From: Macrostomum lignano | Taxonomy: Eukaryota | Length of the DNA: 64,000 bases | Assembly: GCA_002269645.1 (NCBI GenBank) | Contig: NIVC01000340.1 | Location: 310,001 to 374,000, forward strand | Reading direction: 5' to 3' | Part shown: in pieces, positions 23,101 through 36,260 of the stretch | Layout: every line of letters starts with the position of its first letter | Position numbering within the stretch: position 1 is the stretch's first letter | Position numbers and translations under genes: made by a program | The notes under the pieces: generated by a model | What the model was told of the DNA's origin: nothing | Database searches by the model: none | What the model saw: the letters and a program-made list of their open reading frames with translations, nothing else

Positions 23101-24262
23101 GAGTTAGCTCGTGCAGCATTTTCTATTGAAAACTAAGGACACGTTAATTGACCAAACGTCTGATCTCGACGATTTGAATCTCGGGTGTACCATCCCAATG
23201 GGTAGATTGACAGGGTCCATGAGCATTGGAGATCTCCTGTGGGAAAATCTGGACAGGCAATTCATCTTCTCATGCTCCCAGATTAACGGTATGGTACTAC
23301 TTACGACTGAACTGCACAATCATTTGATATTATCTCGTACCTTTCTGTTGCAGATGTTGGCTTAGTGTGTATAATTAATCTTAAAAATTTCATACGTGTT
23401 TTGTTATTTGTTTAATTTTTGCATTTTTCAAAGCTCATTTAAATAATTTCGTGATACACATTGCAGTCGGAGTTGCGTCGTGTAAGCATTCTGAAAACAA
23501 TGGGACATGTCCAAGCCGATCTTCAACTGGAGAGAGTTGGAACGTGGATCTCGGACCAGGAGTAATTTTTTAGCTTGAGCACAAGAACGAGAAAATTATA
23601 AGTTTAAAGCTAATTCTGCATCAACAAATTATGGGTATTCAACGATCCACCGAATCAAACGACCTACAGGCTTACGGTTAAATAGGAAACGATATTTGTT
23701 ACTGGTCTCCAAGGCATAAAAGTGACTCTGTTAGCACAAGTTTTGTATAAAGGTAGCTGAAGATGTAGACACTGCTGACTGTCGCTGCTGACTGCTGACG
23801 GTCACGCACCAATTTGAATGAAAAAAAAGCAAGTAAGACGAGGCTATGATCGAAGGTATTTTTAGACCTGACTAAGAACAGTCACTAAATGTACATTTAC
23901 CAAACTATGACAAAAAGCTTATGTTTCTATTTTTGTTCCTTGACCACACTGCCACGACCTGTGCAGACATTTTAGCTCGTACGAGCGTACACTAGTTGTA
24001 CATTGTAATTGTACTTGATTCGTTTGTAAATCTAAATATACTTTTATAATTTTCTTGGAAATTATAACCCATTTCACACGTGTGGAAGAGTCGCTGGATT
24101 TTCCGAGGAAAAATTTTTGTCAGATTTTCGAAACTAAACAGACTATATATATAGGCGAGCATGTAGAAACTTTACAGTTAAGCCTTGCAAGCTTCTTTTT
24201 TCGTTTTGAAAGAAACAAGCGAGTTACAAGCGATATTGAATTTATTAAACTATTGCTACACA

Positions 24263-25013
24263 ATGACATTGGTAAGTGAATCTGATTGAGCTAGCGACAG
24301 GATTTCGTAACATTCCTGCATGCGACTGTTTGTGTTGATCAGTTCCTTTTGACTCTTCGGTAGCTTTCCAATTAATTATATATGATATTAAGAATTTATG
24401 CAATATTGCTCTTTAGGCTTGATTATTAATATCCAATGTCAAGTGAGGCTCAGGGGTGCTATTAGAGAAGCCTATAGTAGGATCAAATGAGAGTTGAGTT
24501 TTTCTGAGAAGAGAAGTCTCAAAGCAGGACTGCTGAGATGCCAAGGCTCAGAGCGAGGTTGGTGAGAACCCAAGAATGTTGGAAACCCACGAATCGTGTG
24601 TTATTAATACGCTAGGTCTCAAATAATACTTACATTTTAACTAACATTTTTCACTCGAAGAATCTGCAGGTCTAAGAAGCAGAACCTACATGTAAAGTAC
24701 ATTTAGTCAGATTTCAACAGGTTTTACCTCCAAATTATTTTCATAGAAAACGTCGCTTTCTCTGTCGGTGCTGCTGTTGCTCCTGCTGCTCCTGCTGCTG
24801 CCGATGACTGTTTCATCGGATCAGCCGACGCCAGCCAAGCGCTACGCCGACTGTCAGCGGAGCTGCACGACGGCTTGGAACGACTGCTACGCCAAGCTGG
24901 GTGAGAAAGCCGGCGAGTTCGGCGCGAAGACGTCGCCAGGCGGACTGGTCTGTAATAAGCAGCAGGGCGACTGCATGGCGGAGTGCGCCAGGAAGATCAA
25001 AGCGGAGCTGTGA
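24263..25013 (+). CDS. Secreted 91-aa six-cysteine peptide precursor; join(24263..24271,24747..25013)
   Basis: ATG ACA TTG|GTAAGT micro-exon joins in phase 0 to the TTTTCATAG acceptor. The product is MTLKTSLSLSVLLLLLLLLLLPMTVSS (signal-like), DQPTPAKR (dibasic site) and a mature region with C-x3-C-x6-C-x21-C-x6-C-x3-C. Confidence 0.8.
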
Positions 25014-25557
25014 ACTGAGTTGAGAGATGAAACTCAAACGCGCGGTGGAAGCTCACTGGATTACAAGCGTTTTAACTAAGTTTTCTCTATGATGTAAAGT
25101 GCATCCTTTTGTATATTCTGTCCCGGTTTCTCATCACACTGTCGGTTCTAAGTGGTGATATTTTTCCTATATTTTTTATCCAATATTCCCATTTCTATTT
25201 TCATTGTTTAATGCACTAAGGTGCATAACTAAATATTTTTCTAAGCAATATAGAATTGTTGGGCCTGGTGCGTGGGGTTGGGGTGCGCTTTTACTCCGTG
25301 TATTGTTTGTGTTCTTAACTCTGTGCGTGTACTCAGGGTCCGTGGCTCACGCTCTTTGCACGTCTCTGCTCTATCGTGATTTTAATGTACATTGTTGGTG
25401 TTTTAGCCCTGGGGTGGGGGTGGCTACTATTGAACCTCGCTTGTAATAAATCGTATCGTTGGTTGTCGGTGCACTTGGCACTTTCGTCTTGTCTCGCAAA
25501 CTCTCAGCTCATGACTTGTTCATTTCAACATCTTGGCGTCGCAAGCAGGATCTACAG

Positions 25558-27243
25558 ATGTCTATAAAGCTACGAGACCCACTGCCTCTAAACAACATTG
25601 AAGAGTTGCGGGCGTGGATCGAGGTCTTTGACGCCCAGGCGCGATCAAAAGGAGTGAAGGACACCGATCGCACTGATGACACAGCCGGCAATCTGGCGTT
25701 GACCGATGCCTTCCTTGGCTGCCTTGGCGTGGCACAGCTCATCAAAGTGAAGCAGCTGGTCGCGCCCAAACCGCTCTCGCAGATGAAGTGGGTGGAAATC
25801 AAGGAGTGCCTCGTGAGGTTTCTGGAGCCCAAGAAGAGGCTGCTGATTGCCGAGAGAGCGGCTTTCATGTCCATGCGCCAAGTAGACGGCGAGACGGTTG
25901 CCGGCTTCGCTGTCCGACTTCAAGAGCAGGCGGTGGTGTGCGAATTCGAGAAGCTGAAGGGCGAGAATGTTGATCCAGCTGAGCAGCTGATCAAAATGCG
26001 CCTCATCGCCGGTCTCAGCAACCAGGAGGTCCGGAGCAAGGTTCTCGAGCGCGAAGTCTCCGCAGAGCTCTCGGTGAGCCAGATCACCGATTACGTGCAG
26101 CAACTTCAGATGGTGAGCAAATTTTCGTTCGGGCCACTGACTGCCTCCGGCCAAGCTAAAGGAGACTCGGCGGTGCATCAGGCATCGCCCGCTAGCCAGG
26201 AGGTACCAGAAGAGGATTCTGCTGGTGCCAACAGCATCAACGCGGCTGAGATGGTGAGGCCCAGAGCCGGTGGAGGCCAGAGCTGCCAGCGCTGCGGCCA
26301 GGCGCAACATCGCAGACCGACCGACTGCCGGGCCCTGAAGGTTACCTGTCACAAGTGCGGGAAGACTGGCCACTTCGCGAAGGTCTGCCAGAGTGCCAGG
26401 ACCCACTTTGTCGCACCCAACGAATCCAAGCACTCTAACTCAGCCGTGACCAGAGACGAGCCGGTTTTCTACTGCGGTGCGGGCACCCCTGCTGCATTCT
26501 GCGATGTGAAAATCAACAGAAGGCAGGTCAAAATGGAAAAGGACAGCGGCGCCTCGTGCTCACTAATCTCGAGAAAGATCTGGGAAGAACTCGGCAGGCC
26601 ACCACTGAAGTCGCCCAAGTCTCGGATGCTGGCCTACGACGGGCACGTGATGAAGCAGCTCGGCATCCTGGAGTGCCTGGTGGAGACTGGCGGCCCTGAT
26701 GGCCGCTTCGCTGCGGCGGAGCTGCCCGTCATCGAATGCGAGCAGAAGTTCGGGTTGCTCGGCCGGGATCTGCTCAGCTCGCTGCCAGCTCACCACTCAG
26801 ATGAGGCCAAGCCGCCCAGCAACAACAGGTACGAGAGCTTGTTGGGCATCAAGGGAGCAGTTGGCGAGATCCTGTTGAAGGCGGGAGCCAGGCCGATTTT
26901 CCAACCAGCCAGAGAGCTGCCGCTGGCGCTGCGTCCACTGGTGAAGAAGGAGCTGGACCTGATGGAGAAGGCGGGCATAGTTGAGAAGGTGACGTCCTCA
27001 GAGTGGGGCAGCCCCATAGTGGTGACGGTGAAATCCGACAAGCACGATGAGGTGCATCCGAGCGCCGACAACACCAAGGCGCACATCTCCAAGGAGTTCT
27101 GGTGGCCGGGTCTCGATCGCGATGTTCGCAGCTTTGTGGAGCGCTGCCAGCAGTGTTCAGAAACTCGGCCAGTTCTGCAGCGAAGAATCGACACTTGGCC
27201 AGCCGAGAGTGCCGTGGTCCCGGGTTCACATGGACCATTGTGA
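25558..27243 (+). CDS. gag-pol: Gypsy gag-protease fused, across a deletion, to the integrase zinc-binding region
   Basis: CCHC knuckle CHKCGKTGHFAKVC, protease MEKDSGASCSLI, RT N-terminal SSEWGSPIVVTVK, then an abrupt jump to HDEVHPSADNTK...WWPGLDRDV...CQQC. Confidence 0.9.
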   Translation: MSIKLRDPLPLNNIEELRAWIEVFDAQARSKGVKDTDRTDDTAGNLALTDAFLGCLGVAQLIKVKQLVAPKPLSQMKWVEIKECLVRFLEPKKRLLIAERAAFMSMRQVDGETVAGFAVRLQEQAVVCEFEKLKGENVDPAEQLIKMRLIAGLSNQEVRSKVLEREVSAELSVSQITDYVQQLQMVSKFSFGPLTASGQAKGDSAVHQASPASQEVPEEDSAGANSINAAEMVRPRAGGGQSCQRCGQAQHRRPTDCRALKVTCHKCGKTGHFAKVCQSARTHFVAPNESKHSNSAVTRDEPVFYCGAGTPAAFCDVKINRRQVKMEKDSGASCSLISRKIWEELGRPPLKSPKSRMLAYDGHVMKQLGILECLVETGGPDGRFAAAELPVIECEQKFGLLGRDLLSSLPAHHSDEAKPPSNNRYESLLGIKGAVGEILLKAGARPIFQPARELPLALRPLVKKELDLMEKAGIVEKVTSSEWGSPIVVTVKSDKHDEVHPSADNTKAHISKEFWWPGLDRDVRSFVERCQQCSETRPVLQRRIDTWPAESAVVPGSHGPL

Positions 27244-28021
27244 GATTTCTGGTGTCGGCCTGCTACTGCTGCTGTCGGACTCCTACTCCGGGTGGCCTGA
27301 GGCGATTCAGGTGCCAGGCCGAACTGCGGACAGTGTCTTGCGGGTTCTGAGAGCGGTATTTGCCAGGAACAGAGTGCCTCGGACGCTGGTGTCGGACAAT
27401 ACGCCGGAGTTCAAGTCGGAGAAAGTGTCCCAGTGGCTGCGCAGCATCGGGTGCCAGGAGCTGCACACTCCACCGTACCATCCGGCCTCGAACGGTCAGG
27501 CAGAAAGGCTGGTGAGGATCATCAAGGATGGACTCAAGGCGTGGACGAAGATAGTGCCGTTCGACCACTTCCTGCAGAAACTGCTGCTGACGATCAGGAC
27601 CAGCCGGCCCAGTGGAAATAGAGCGGCATCTCCGGACGTTCTGATGTGGGGTCGTCGCCTTCGCCACCCGCTAACCATGACTGAGCAGGTGGGCGATCCA
27701 ATCTGGCTGAGGATGCGTCCGGGATTTTCGCCGGTTCCGGCCAAGTTCGTGGTGCAGCACCGCCAGAACACGGCGCTGGTAGCCCCTGTGGACCAATCGG
27801 ACGGCGGCCTGCGGCTGGCGCACTCGAATCAGTGGACCGGCCGGCCGAGTGCGCCTGGGTCGCCTGAGGGGGCCGAACCTGAGGCGGAGTTGCCGGAGCA
27901 GCTTCCTGGCGCCATGGTTGAGCACCTTCCTGATCCGGAACCAACGGTGGCGCCAATGAACAGTGGCCAGCGAGAGCCGTACGAGCTTCGGCCTCGCCAG
28001 CCTGTCTGCTATAAAGTCTAG
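27210..28021 (+). CDS. Gypsy integrase core, frameshifted from the upstream ORF near 27210
   Basis: PWSRVHMDH...DSYSGWPEA...LVSDNTPEF...PPYHPASNGQAER carries the D,D(35)E motifs. Confidence 0.9.
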
Positions 28022-28620
28022 TGACTGTGACTATACTTGACTCTTTGATTTTGTTCTTGTGGTTTCAGTCTTTGTTTGCTTTGGCGGAGGGCAGTGTTGG
28101 GCCTGGTGCGTGGGGTTGGGGTGCGCTTTTACTCCGTGTATTGTTTGTGTTCTTAACTCTGTGAGTGTACTCATGGTCCGTGGCTCACGCTCTTTGCACG
28201 TCTCTGCTCTATCGTGATTTTAATGACATTGTTGGTGTTTTAGCCCTGGGGTGGGGGTGGCTACTATTGAACCTCGCTTGTAATAAATCGTATCGTTGGT
28301 TGTCGGTGCACTTGGCACTTTCGTCTTGTCTCGCATACTCTCAGCTCATGACTTGTTCATTTCAACAAGAATTCAACTAGCTACATGTATATCAGACAAA
28401 TTCAAACCCCCCAATGGGGGCAATTTCTGGCTATAGTCCCACTATACATGAACTTTAACAATGGAACGTTACTATCCCCCAATATCAAATAAAAAAATTC
28501 ATGTTTCTGTTGTCGCATGTTAACGCTATAAATGTAGCTACCATTTAATTCATATTTCTCGTATTTCTCGTATTTCTAACTAGTTGTTACTTTGAGCAAT
28601 TTTCTAATAACTATAGCTAT

Positions 28621-30572
28621 TGTGACGAATTTAATCTGGCAGTCCTTGGCAGAACAAGACCGAAGAAAAATGCAAGTATAGCGCAGTCCAATATTCAATT
28701 GAATTGATATATTTTGCTTGCTTAGTTAGCCAAGTTTTTTATTTGTTTTTGAGTAGCGACGAAAAACGAACAGTTAATATAAAACGATAGATGATACAGC
28801 GAATTGTAATTGGCTGAGAGTTACGATGGGCGCTGGGCAAAATTATTGATTTTTTAAAAATTCATCACTTGCCGACATATAAAAGCCGATTCAATGAATG
28901 TACTCGTACACAGAATTCATACAAAATATGATACACTTACGTAGTAGTCTACTGATAGTAAAAATGATAGTAAAACAATGAAGTTTTCCACAAGTCCCCC
29001 GTCACACTCGCCTTCCTCTAAAAGAAAAGATATTTGCACTCTAATACATGTAGTCAATATTAATTTGAATAACATAAGTGAAAATGCAGACAATGATTAC
29101 GAAATGAGCTGAGGAACATTTATAGTAAGCACACAAGAGAGCGCGACAGCACGCGAGAAGAAAAGTAGAGACGACTAGTGCACGAATAGCATCACGCTGC
29201 AGAATGCAGCAGACAACGCGCCGAATGCGCCAGCCAACAGACGGCTCACCGCTGGGCCGGTCCCGATGGACCGCACGGGCGCGACCCCAGTGGGTTGCAG
29301 ATGCCTCCCAGCCAACGCACGCAGAGGTGCAGAGAAAGACAGGCACAAAGAAGGTCGCAACGAACTCTGAACGACGCCAAGGGCGCCCGGCTGACGAGGA
29401 CCGCGCAGCAAAAAATGGTACGGCTCACGGGCCCGTTGCTGGGGAAAAGGAAACTAGATCGACAGGAGACAGAAGCAAAAGATGGAACAGAAAAAACATT
29501 TTAATAGCACAAGATGACAGGGACATGTACATGAAAGGCGAAAATGATGAAACTCACTGAATTATAACAATACATGCGTACATGTATTTTGATATTGGAT
29601 TAAAAACATTAGTTTCACAGTGCAAGCAATAATTATTTGAAGCATTTACATTTTTACAAGCAAAATATCAACCTTGGTGTAGAGCAGCTGTTGCAGATTT
29701 TCAGTTGACGGGACGGTAAGGTCTGAAGGGGTAGCCGGTACAGTTGATGGACTGAAACGGCCCTTTTAGGTCGCAGTTGGTCGGAGCTTGCCACGTCGTG
29801 TGGGTACCGACGAAACGACGTACGAACATGTAGAAAGTGTTGAATGTTGAATGATCGCCGCCGAATAGAGATGATATGGTGAGTTTCGCAGGCAGGTGAG
29901 GTGTAACGTCATGTAAAACGGCCCTTTTGAGGCCACAGCCACTTGCTGCGGTGATGCAGAATACGAGTCGAGCGATACGATGGCGGACTGAATTTATGGT
30001 ATTACTTAGATTCTCGAGATGCACAAATGATCCATAGGGGAATGACGACTGGGAGGAACGCGCTGAATTGGGTATTGTCGCTGCGCTCAGCCTCAATCTC
30101 TCCTTCCTCCTCCGATCGGAAAGTTGTGTAGCAGTAGCACGTCTCGACCCAGGGTTCGAATCTCGAGGTAGGACCCTCCATTAAAATGTGACGAATTTAA
30201 TCTGGCAGTCCTTGGCAGAACAAGACCGAAGAAAAATGCAAGTATAGCGCAGTCCAATATTCAATTGAATTGATATATTTTGCTTGCTTAGTTAGCCAAG
30301 TTTTTTATTTGTTTTTGAGTAGCGACGAAAAACGAACAGTTAATATAAAACGATAGATGATACAGCGAATTGTAATTGGCTGAGAGTTACGATGGGCGCT
30401 GGGCAAAATTATTGATTTTTTAAAAATTCATCACTTGCCGACATATAAAAGCCGATTCAATGAATGTACTCGTACACAGAATTCATACAAAATATGATAC
30501 ACTTACGTAGTAGTCTACTGATAGTAAAAATGATAGTAAAACAATGAAGTTTTCCACAAGTCCCCCGTCACA
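28621..30572 (-). mobile_element. Non-autonomous LTR element (TRIM/LARD-like), 1952 bp, with identical 386-bp LTRs
   Basis: LTRs at 28621-29006 and 30187-30572 (TGTGACG...CGTCACA), 4-bp TSD CTAT. The minus-strand PBS is complementary to a tRNA 3' end (plus strand GGTTCGAATCTCGAGGTAGGACCCTCCA just before 30187). The minus-strand PPT AGAGGAAGGCGAG lies next to 29006. No gag/pol motifs inside. Confidence 0.92.
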
Positions 30573-30851
30573 CTATTATTACTCAGGCACGCTGTATTGA
30601 ACGTTTCATTAAACAGAAGGGCTATAAAATTTCGATTGCCCGTTTTAATGTAATGCTGCTGTAAATTCTTTATTGTGTATACATATGCATAAAATTTTAG
30701 TTACAAAAGGAAGTACAGATTGATCAAATATAATACATCATGTACATGTATGTCCAAAAAACACATTGAAATAGTTTTTGGCTTTAAGAAAGAAAACAAA
30801 ATGATAACAACGGGTAAATTGCGCTTTCTTGCTATAGAAAATCTGCATTTT

Positions 30852-31088
30852 CTAACTCTGCCTACTGCCGTATCCAACGCAGTCGCCTTTGCCTAATGAG
30901 CAAGACTGAAACCCGGTGTCTGGCAGCTTGCATTTCTCGTGATTTGGATCCGCGCACTCGCGAACCATACCCTGGCACTTGCCGCCGCTCTCGTAGATGC
31001 ACTTGCAAGTTGAGTTGGGCTTGGCAGCTCGCGTTATCACACAGCCGAATTTTGCAGCGATATATTTGCACTCACACGAAACGGCTGG
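30852..31088 (-). CDS. Terminal exon of a 10-cysteine small peptide; signal-peptide exon not located
   Basis: The minus-strand acceptor TTTGAATTTTCACAG precedes PAVSCECKYIAAKFGCVITRAAKPNSTCKCIYESGGKCQGMVRECADPNHEKCKLPDTGFQSCSLGKGDCVGYGSRQS*. Confidence 0.7.
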   Translation of the reverse strand, partial: PAVSCECKYIAAKFGCVITRAAKPNSTCKCIYESGGKCQGMVRECADPNHEKCKLPDTGFQSCSLGKGDCVGYGSRQS

Positions 31089-33399
31089 CTGTGAAAATTC
31101 AAATAGCACTATACTAGCAGCAGTAGTAGTATCACGCAGGTCAATTTGGATGCGAGCATAATTCTTTTTTAGACAAACACTGATCTTTCTCTTTTCTTGC
31201 GATTTGCTTATACTTCTATGGTGCTTGCTGGGCACACAATAGCCTTTTTATATACGCTTTACCTGTATAACACCGTGTTGAGATTAGCAAAGGCAATCTG
31301 CTGCACGGTGGTTTAGAGACGCACGTTCAATTAAATATCTATTTGCTTGATTGCAAAACTTTAATAACTAATTTGATAAATAAATACTTTCATCTCGGAG
31401 TGGCACGCCAAAAATGAAAACAACCTACTCTTGCATAAGAAGAATTTAGCGTTCTAGTCTGCCTATACCATACGAGCTATTTACACCTAGCCGATGAAAT
31501 TGCCGGGAAAAGTAAGTACTGTAGTAGGTAAAGGACACCCAAAAAAGTTTCCGTAAATTCGACTTCCGGATTTCGACCACTCCGAAAGTCCCAAAAATCA
31601 TTCTATCTATCTATCGACCCTTCAAATACCCTTCAAGTGTATAAAAACCGTGGTTTTTAAGTAATTACAGAAATAACGTGAAATTAGAGCTTACTTGTTT
31701 AAGTTTGTCCGCAAAAAGCAGTTCAAGTTTGACTTTGGCACATGTTGGATAATTCTGAAAGTTTGTGATTTGAGTGCACGTTTTTCTGTATGCATACAAA
31801 CATTTCAATATTTAGCGCTTATCTCAACCTTAATTAAAATATTTTTCAACTTCGAGCGCGTAGCATCGACAATAATATTTCAGTAGTAAATCTTGTGTCT
31901 TTTGCTGGCTGTCTCTAACTGGACTAACTACTTGACCAATTGACCAGGTTGACCCGAGTACCAACATGTTGCCTAAAGAACACCTGTTAAGGGAGACAAG
32001 TATAGTTTCTCCTAACAATGCTTTTAATTCTCAGTCAGCAGCCTACAAAGTAGTGAATATTACACTTGGTACGTTTTGGGATTCTCTGTTTGGTATTTAG
32101 TAGTTACATTTTTTCTGTCAAATTTATCATTAAACAACATAGGCACTTACAGTAGCCTCATAAAGGCCATATTTGACTAGCTTTTGTTTTGTGTCAAACT
32201 CAAGGGTGCTATTTCAAAAGAATGAAATTTGTGTTGGGAAGTTTGTGTTAATATAGAATTATACTATAAATTTCTGTATATAGGCCTATATATTTACATA
32301 TATGCCCAACCTCAAAATTGCACCCATCTGGGGCAACTTAGTTTTGTCCAGATTTGTAACTCAGTCCTCTTGATTGCAACTTAGTTCCCCCTTTTGCAAC
32401 TTAATTTTCACTATGTATATGACTTTTCTTGGCCTTTTTTTTCTTTCTTTATCTCTCTCCTCTTTATTCTTTCTCTTCTTCCTTTCTTTTATTTTTCTCT
32501 TTCTCTTCTTTCTTTCATCCACCAATTTTTTGTTTTTCACATTTTTGATTTTGTGACTTACCTTGGCCGCAGGCCATTTCATCCGGTCTGCGGTCATTTC
32601 GTCTGCCGCCTTTTCGTCTGCCAAAGAATTTTAGCAGACGAAACGACTTTTTTATTTATGTTTATTTTGGTTCACTTATTTAGTATTTTTTTATGTAGGG
32701 AATTAAAATAAATTAGTATAAGCAAGTTTTAAGTATGTTTTCTTATTTATATTGATACATTTTCTTTTTCTTCATTTTCTACAAAACCTAACTAACCTAT
32801 ATAATACTTTCGACGCATCAATGCAAAGTTATTTTCTGAGTTATTGATAATTTTTCACCATGGACGCATGCGTAATTTGTAAACAGACTGTACGACCCAG
32901 ACAACATGCGCTACTGTGCGACTTTGTGCAACAAATGGCAGCATCAGACATGCAATTCTCCAAATGGTTGGAGATATTTGCTTCTGGCTTTGTGTATTCA
33001 TATGCAACATATTAGCTCCGGAACTTTCAGAAAAATCCTAGCATTATAATAAATTATAATTAATAAGACATTTACATTACTCTTCCATGCGAAGCTTGAT
33101 GACATAATTAGTTATTCCAATTTATATATTACAAGCTGTTGAAACCCGCGGATTTTGAACCCGGGGAATTCCAATCCCCGGAACTACTTTTGCATGTATT
33201 CTGAAATCTAAGGTCATACACAAACAAAAACTTGTTAATAGTTAGTAGGATAGAGGTAGACATAAAATGAACACATTAGTGTAAAATTAGGATTTGAAGC
33301 AAACATTGATATTGTTGGCTGGGTTACTTCACAGAATGTCAGGCAATGTCTGTCTGACTCTAAAACATGTATTGGCAAACTCTGGCCTCTCCCTGACTC

Positions 33400-35030
<1,631 letters not shown>

Positions 35031-35699
35031 AGTCTATTCCTTCCTTTCCACTCTCATCTGGCCCGCACATAAGCTGGATTCTTTATCTGGCTTTTGAAGT
35101 AAAAGTCTGCCGATCCCTGCTTCGAAAGCCAGTTTGTGGGACGTACTACTCTCATCGTTATTCTCATGCTTTGATCACGTCATCTTTCTTGCCAATTTGC
35201 AGCCCTGAAAGGAATTTGTGTATCTTCAGCTCCACTGCAGTCTGCATCAGTCTAACAACCAATGAAATATGCATTTCTTAGGCCATTTAAATTTCAAAGT
35301 ACTTTTAAGAGAAACTTAAAATTTCAATGGTGTGCCTAATTTAGTAGGGTTGTATTTCATTGCATCGCATCGCCTTTTCATAAATCTTTCGCTTTTACAA
35401 ACCATGCTGGATTCCCTCGATTTGCCAATTGCCATCCAGTGTTAAACTGCTGCAGAGTTTGCCAATACAGAGGGGAGGGCAGTGGTTAGAATTTCTCACT
35501 AAACCGTCATGGCTAAACGTAGCCTCTCCACTCTCGGGGTGCAGAGAAGGCTATAAATAAAGTTATTCCAAAACACTGTACATTTGCTATGTACATTCAG
35601 TCCTATCGCCTGACCCTTCGTCTGGGCTGGGGGAATGAGCGAGTGAGAGGCACAAACAACAGAAAAAGCAGACAAAATTCACATGCTTACAGTTTCTGT

Positions 35700-36260
35700 C
35701 CTGATTGAGATACAGAGTTGAGACTTTACATGTAGGCAGAGAATGAGTCAATAAAGAATTGTGTCAAATTTGAAGTCAATCGCTTCACGTGGAGCAAAAC
35801 TATGGCAGCCGAAAGTTAGGCATTTTAAAACCTACTCACACCCTTTGCCCAGATCGGGAAAGAGAGGCAGGCGGGCGGAGGTTGGGGTGGCTGCCTCGCT
35901 GAAAAAAACAGCCAAACTTTAAAAGTGCACAGCGCCGTTCAGGATTAACTTTCAGACTCGAAATTTTACATGATTGTGCCAAAATAGTTTAAGATTATCT
36001 GTGTCAAATTTGAAGAGAATCGGTAGAAGTGGAGCGGCGCTATGGAGGATTTAGTGAAAAAATTGCGCATTTTGAGCAGTTTTTTGCACTTTTAGGTAGG
36101 AAGACTCAAATTTAGGAAATTAAAAGGTAGCCTAAGACATTCTCCGTAGTAAGTTTAGGGTGGATGTAAAGTTTGGTGTCATTTGGTTGAGCGGTTTGGG
36201 AGTCCATAGCGAAGTAATTTGTCCACAGACAGACAGAGTTTTGATTTTTATAGGTAGAAA
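35700..36260 (+). mobile_element. Helentron/HINE-like non-autonomous element
   Basis: Repeated GTGTCAAATTTGAAG..AATCG motifs at 35761 and 36001, a variant near 36165, then an (ACAG)n microsatellite at 36225-36236 near the 3' end. This layout resembles DINE-1/Lep1-type elements. Confidence 0.55.

Larger units (their letters stand above)
25257..28367 (+). mobile_element. Ty3/Gypsy LTR retrotransposon, RT/RNaseH-deleted (3111 bp)
   Basis: LTRs at 25257-25530 and 28095-28367 (TGT...ACA, 3 substitutions plus 1 indel). 5-bp TSD AGAAT on both sides. PBS TGGCGTCGCAAGCAGGAT follows the 5' LTR and a purine tract GGCGGAGGGCAG precedes the 3' LTR. Confidence 0.97.

Noticed and set aside
23135-23295. Exon-like open segment after the cGLR stop (KDTLIDQTSDLDDLNLG...)
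   Set aside because: No recognisable motif, weak acceptor and no phase-linked partner exon.
25376-28380. Near-identical small hydrophobic ORFs at 25376-25567 and 28165-28380
   Set aside because: They are readings of the two LTRs, not genes.
29204-30096. ORFs inside the TRIM-like element
   Set aside because: No gag, protease, RT or integrase motifs and low complexity, so probably chance ORFs.
30140-30180. tRNA gene
   Set aside because: Only the T-arm and 3' end are present. It is the primer-binding site of the LTR element.
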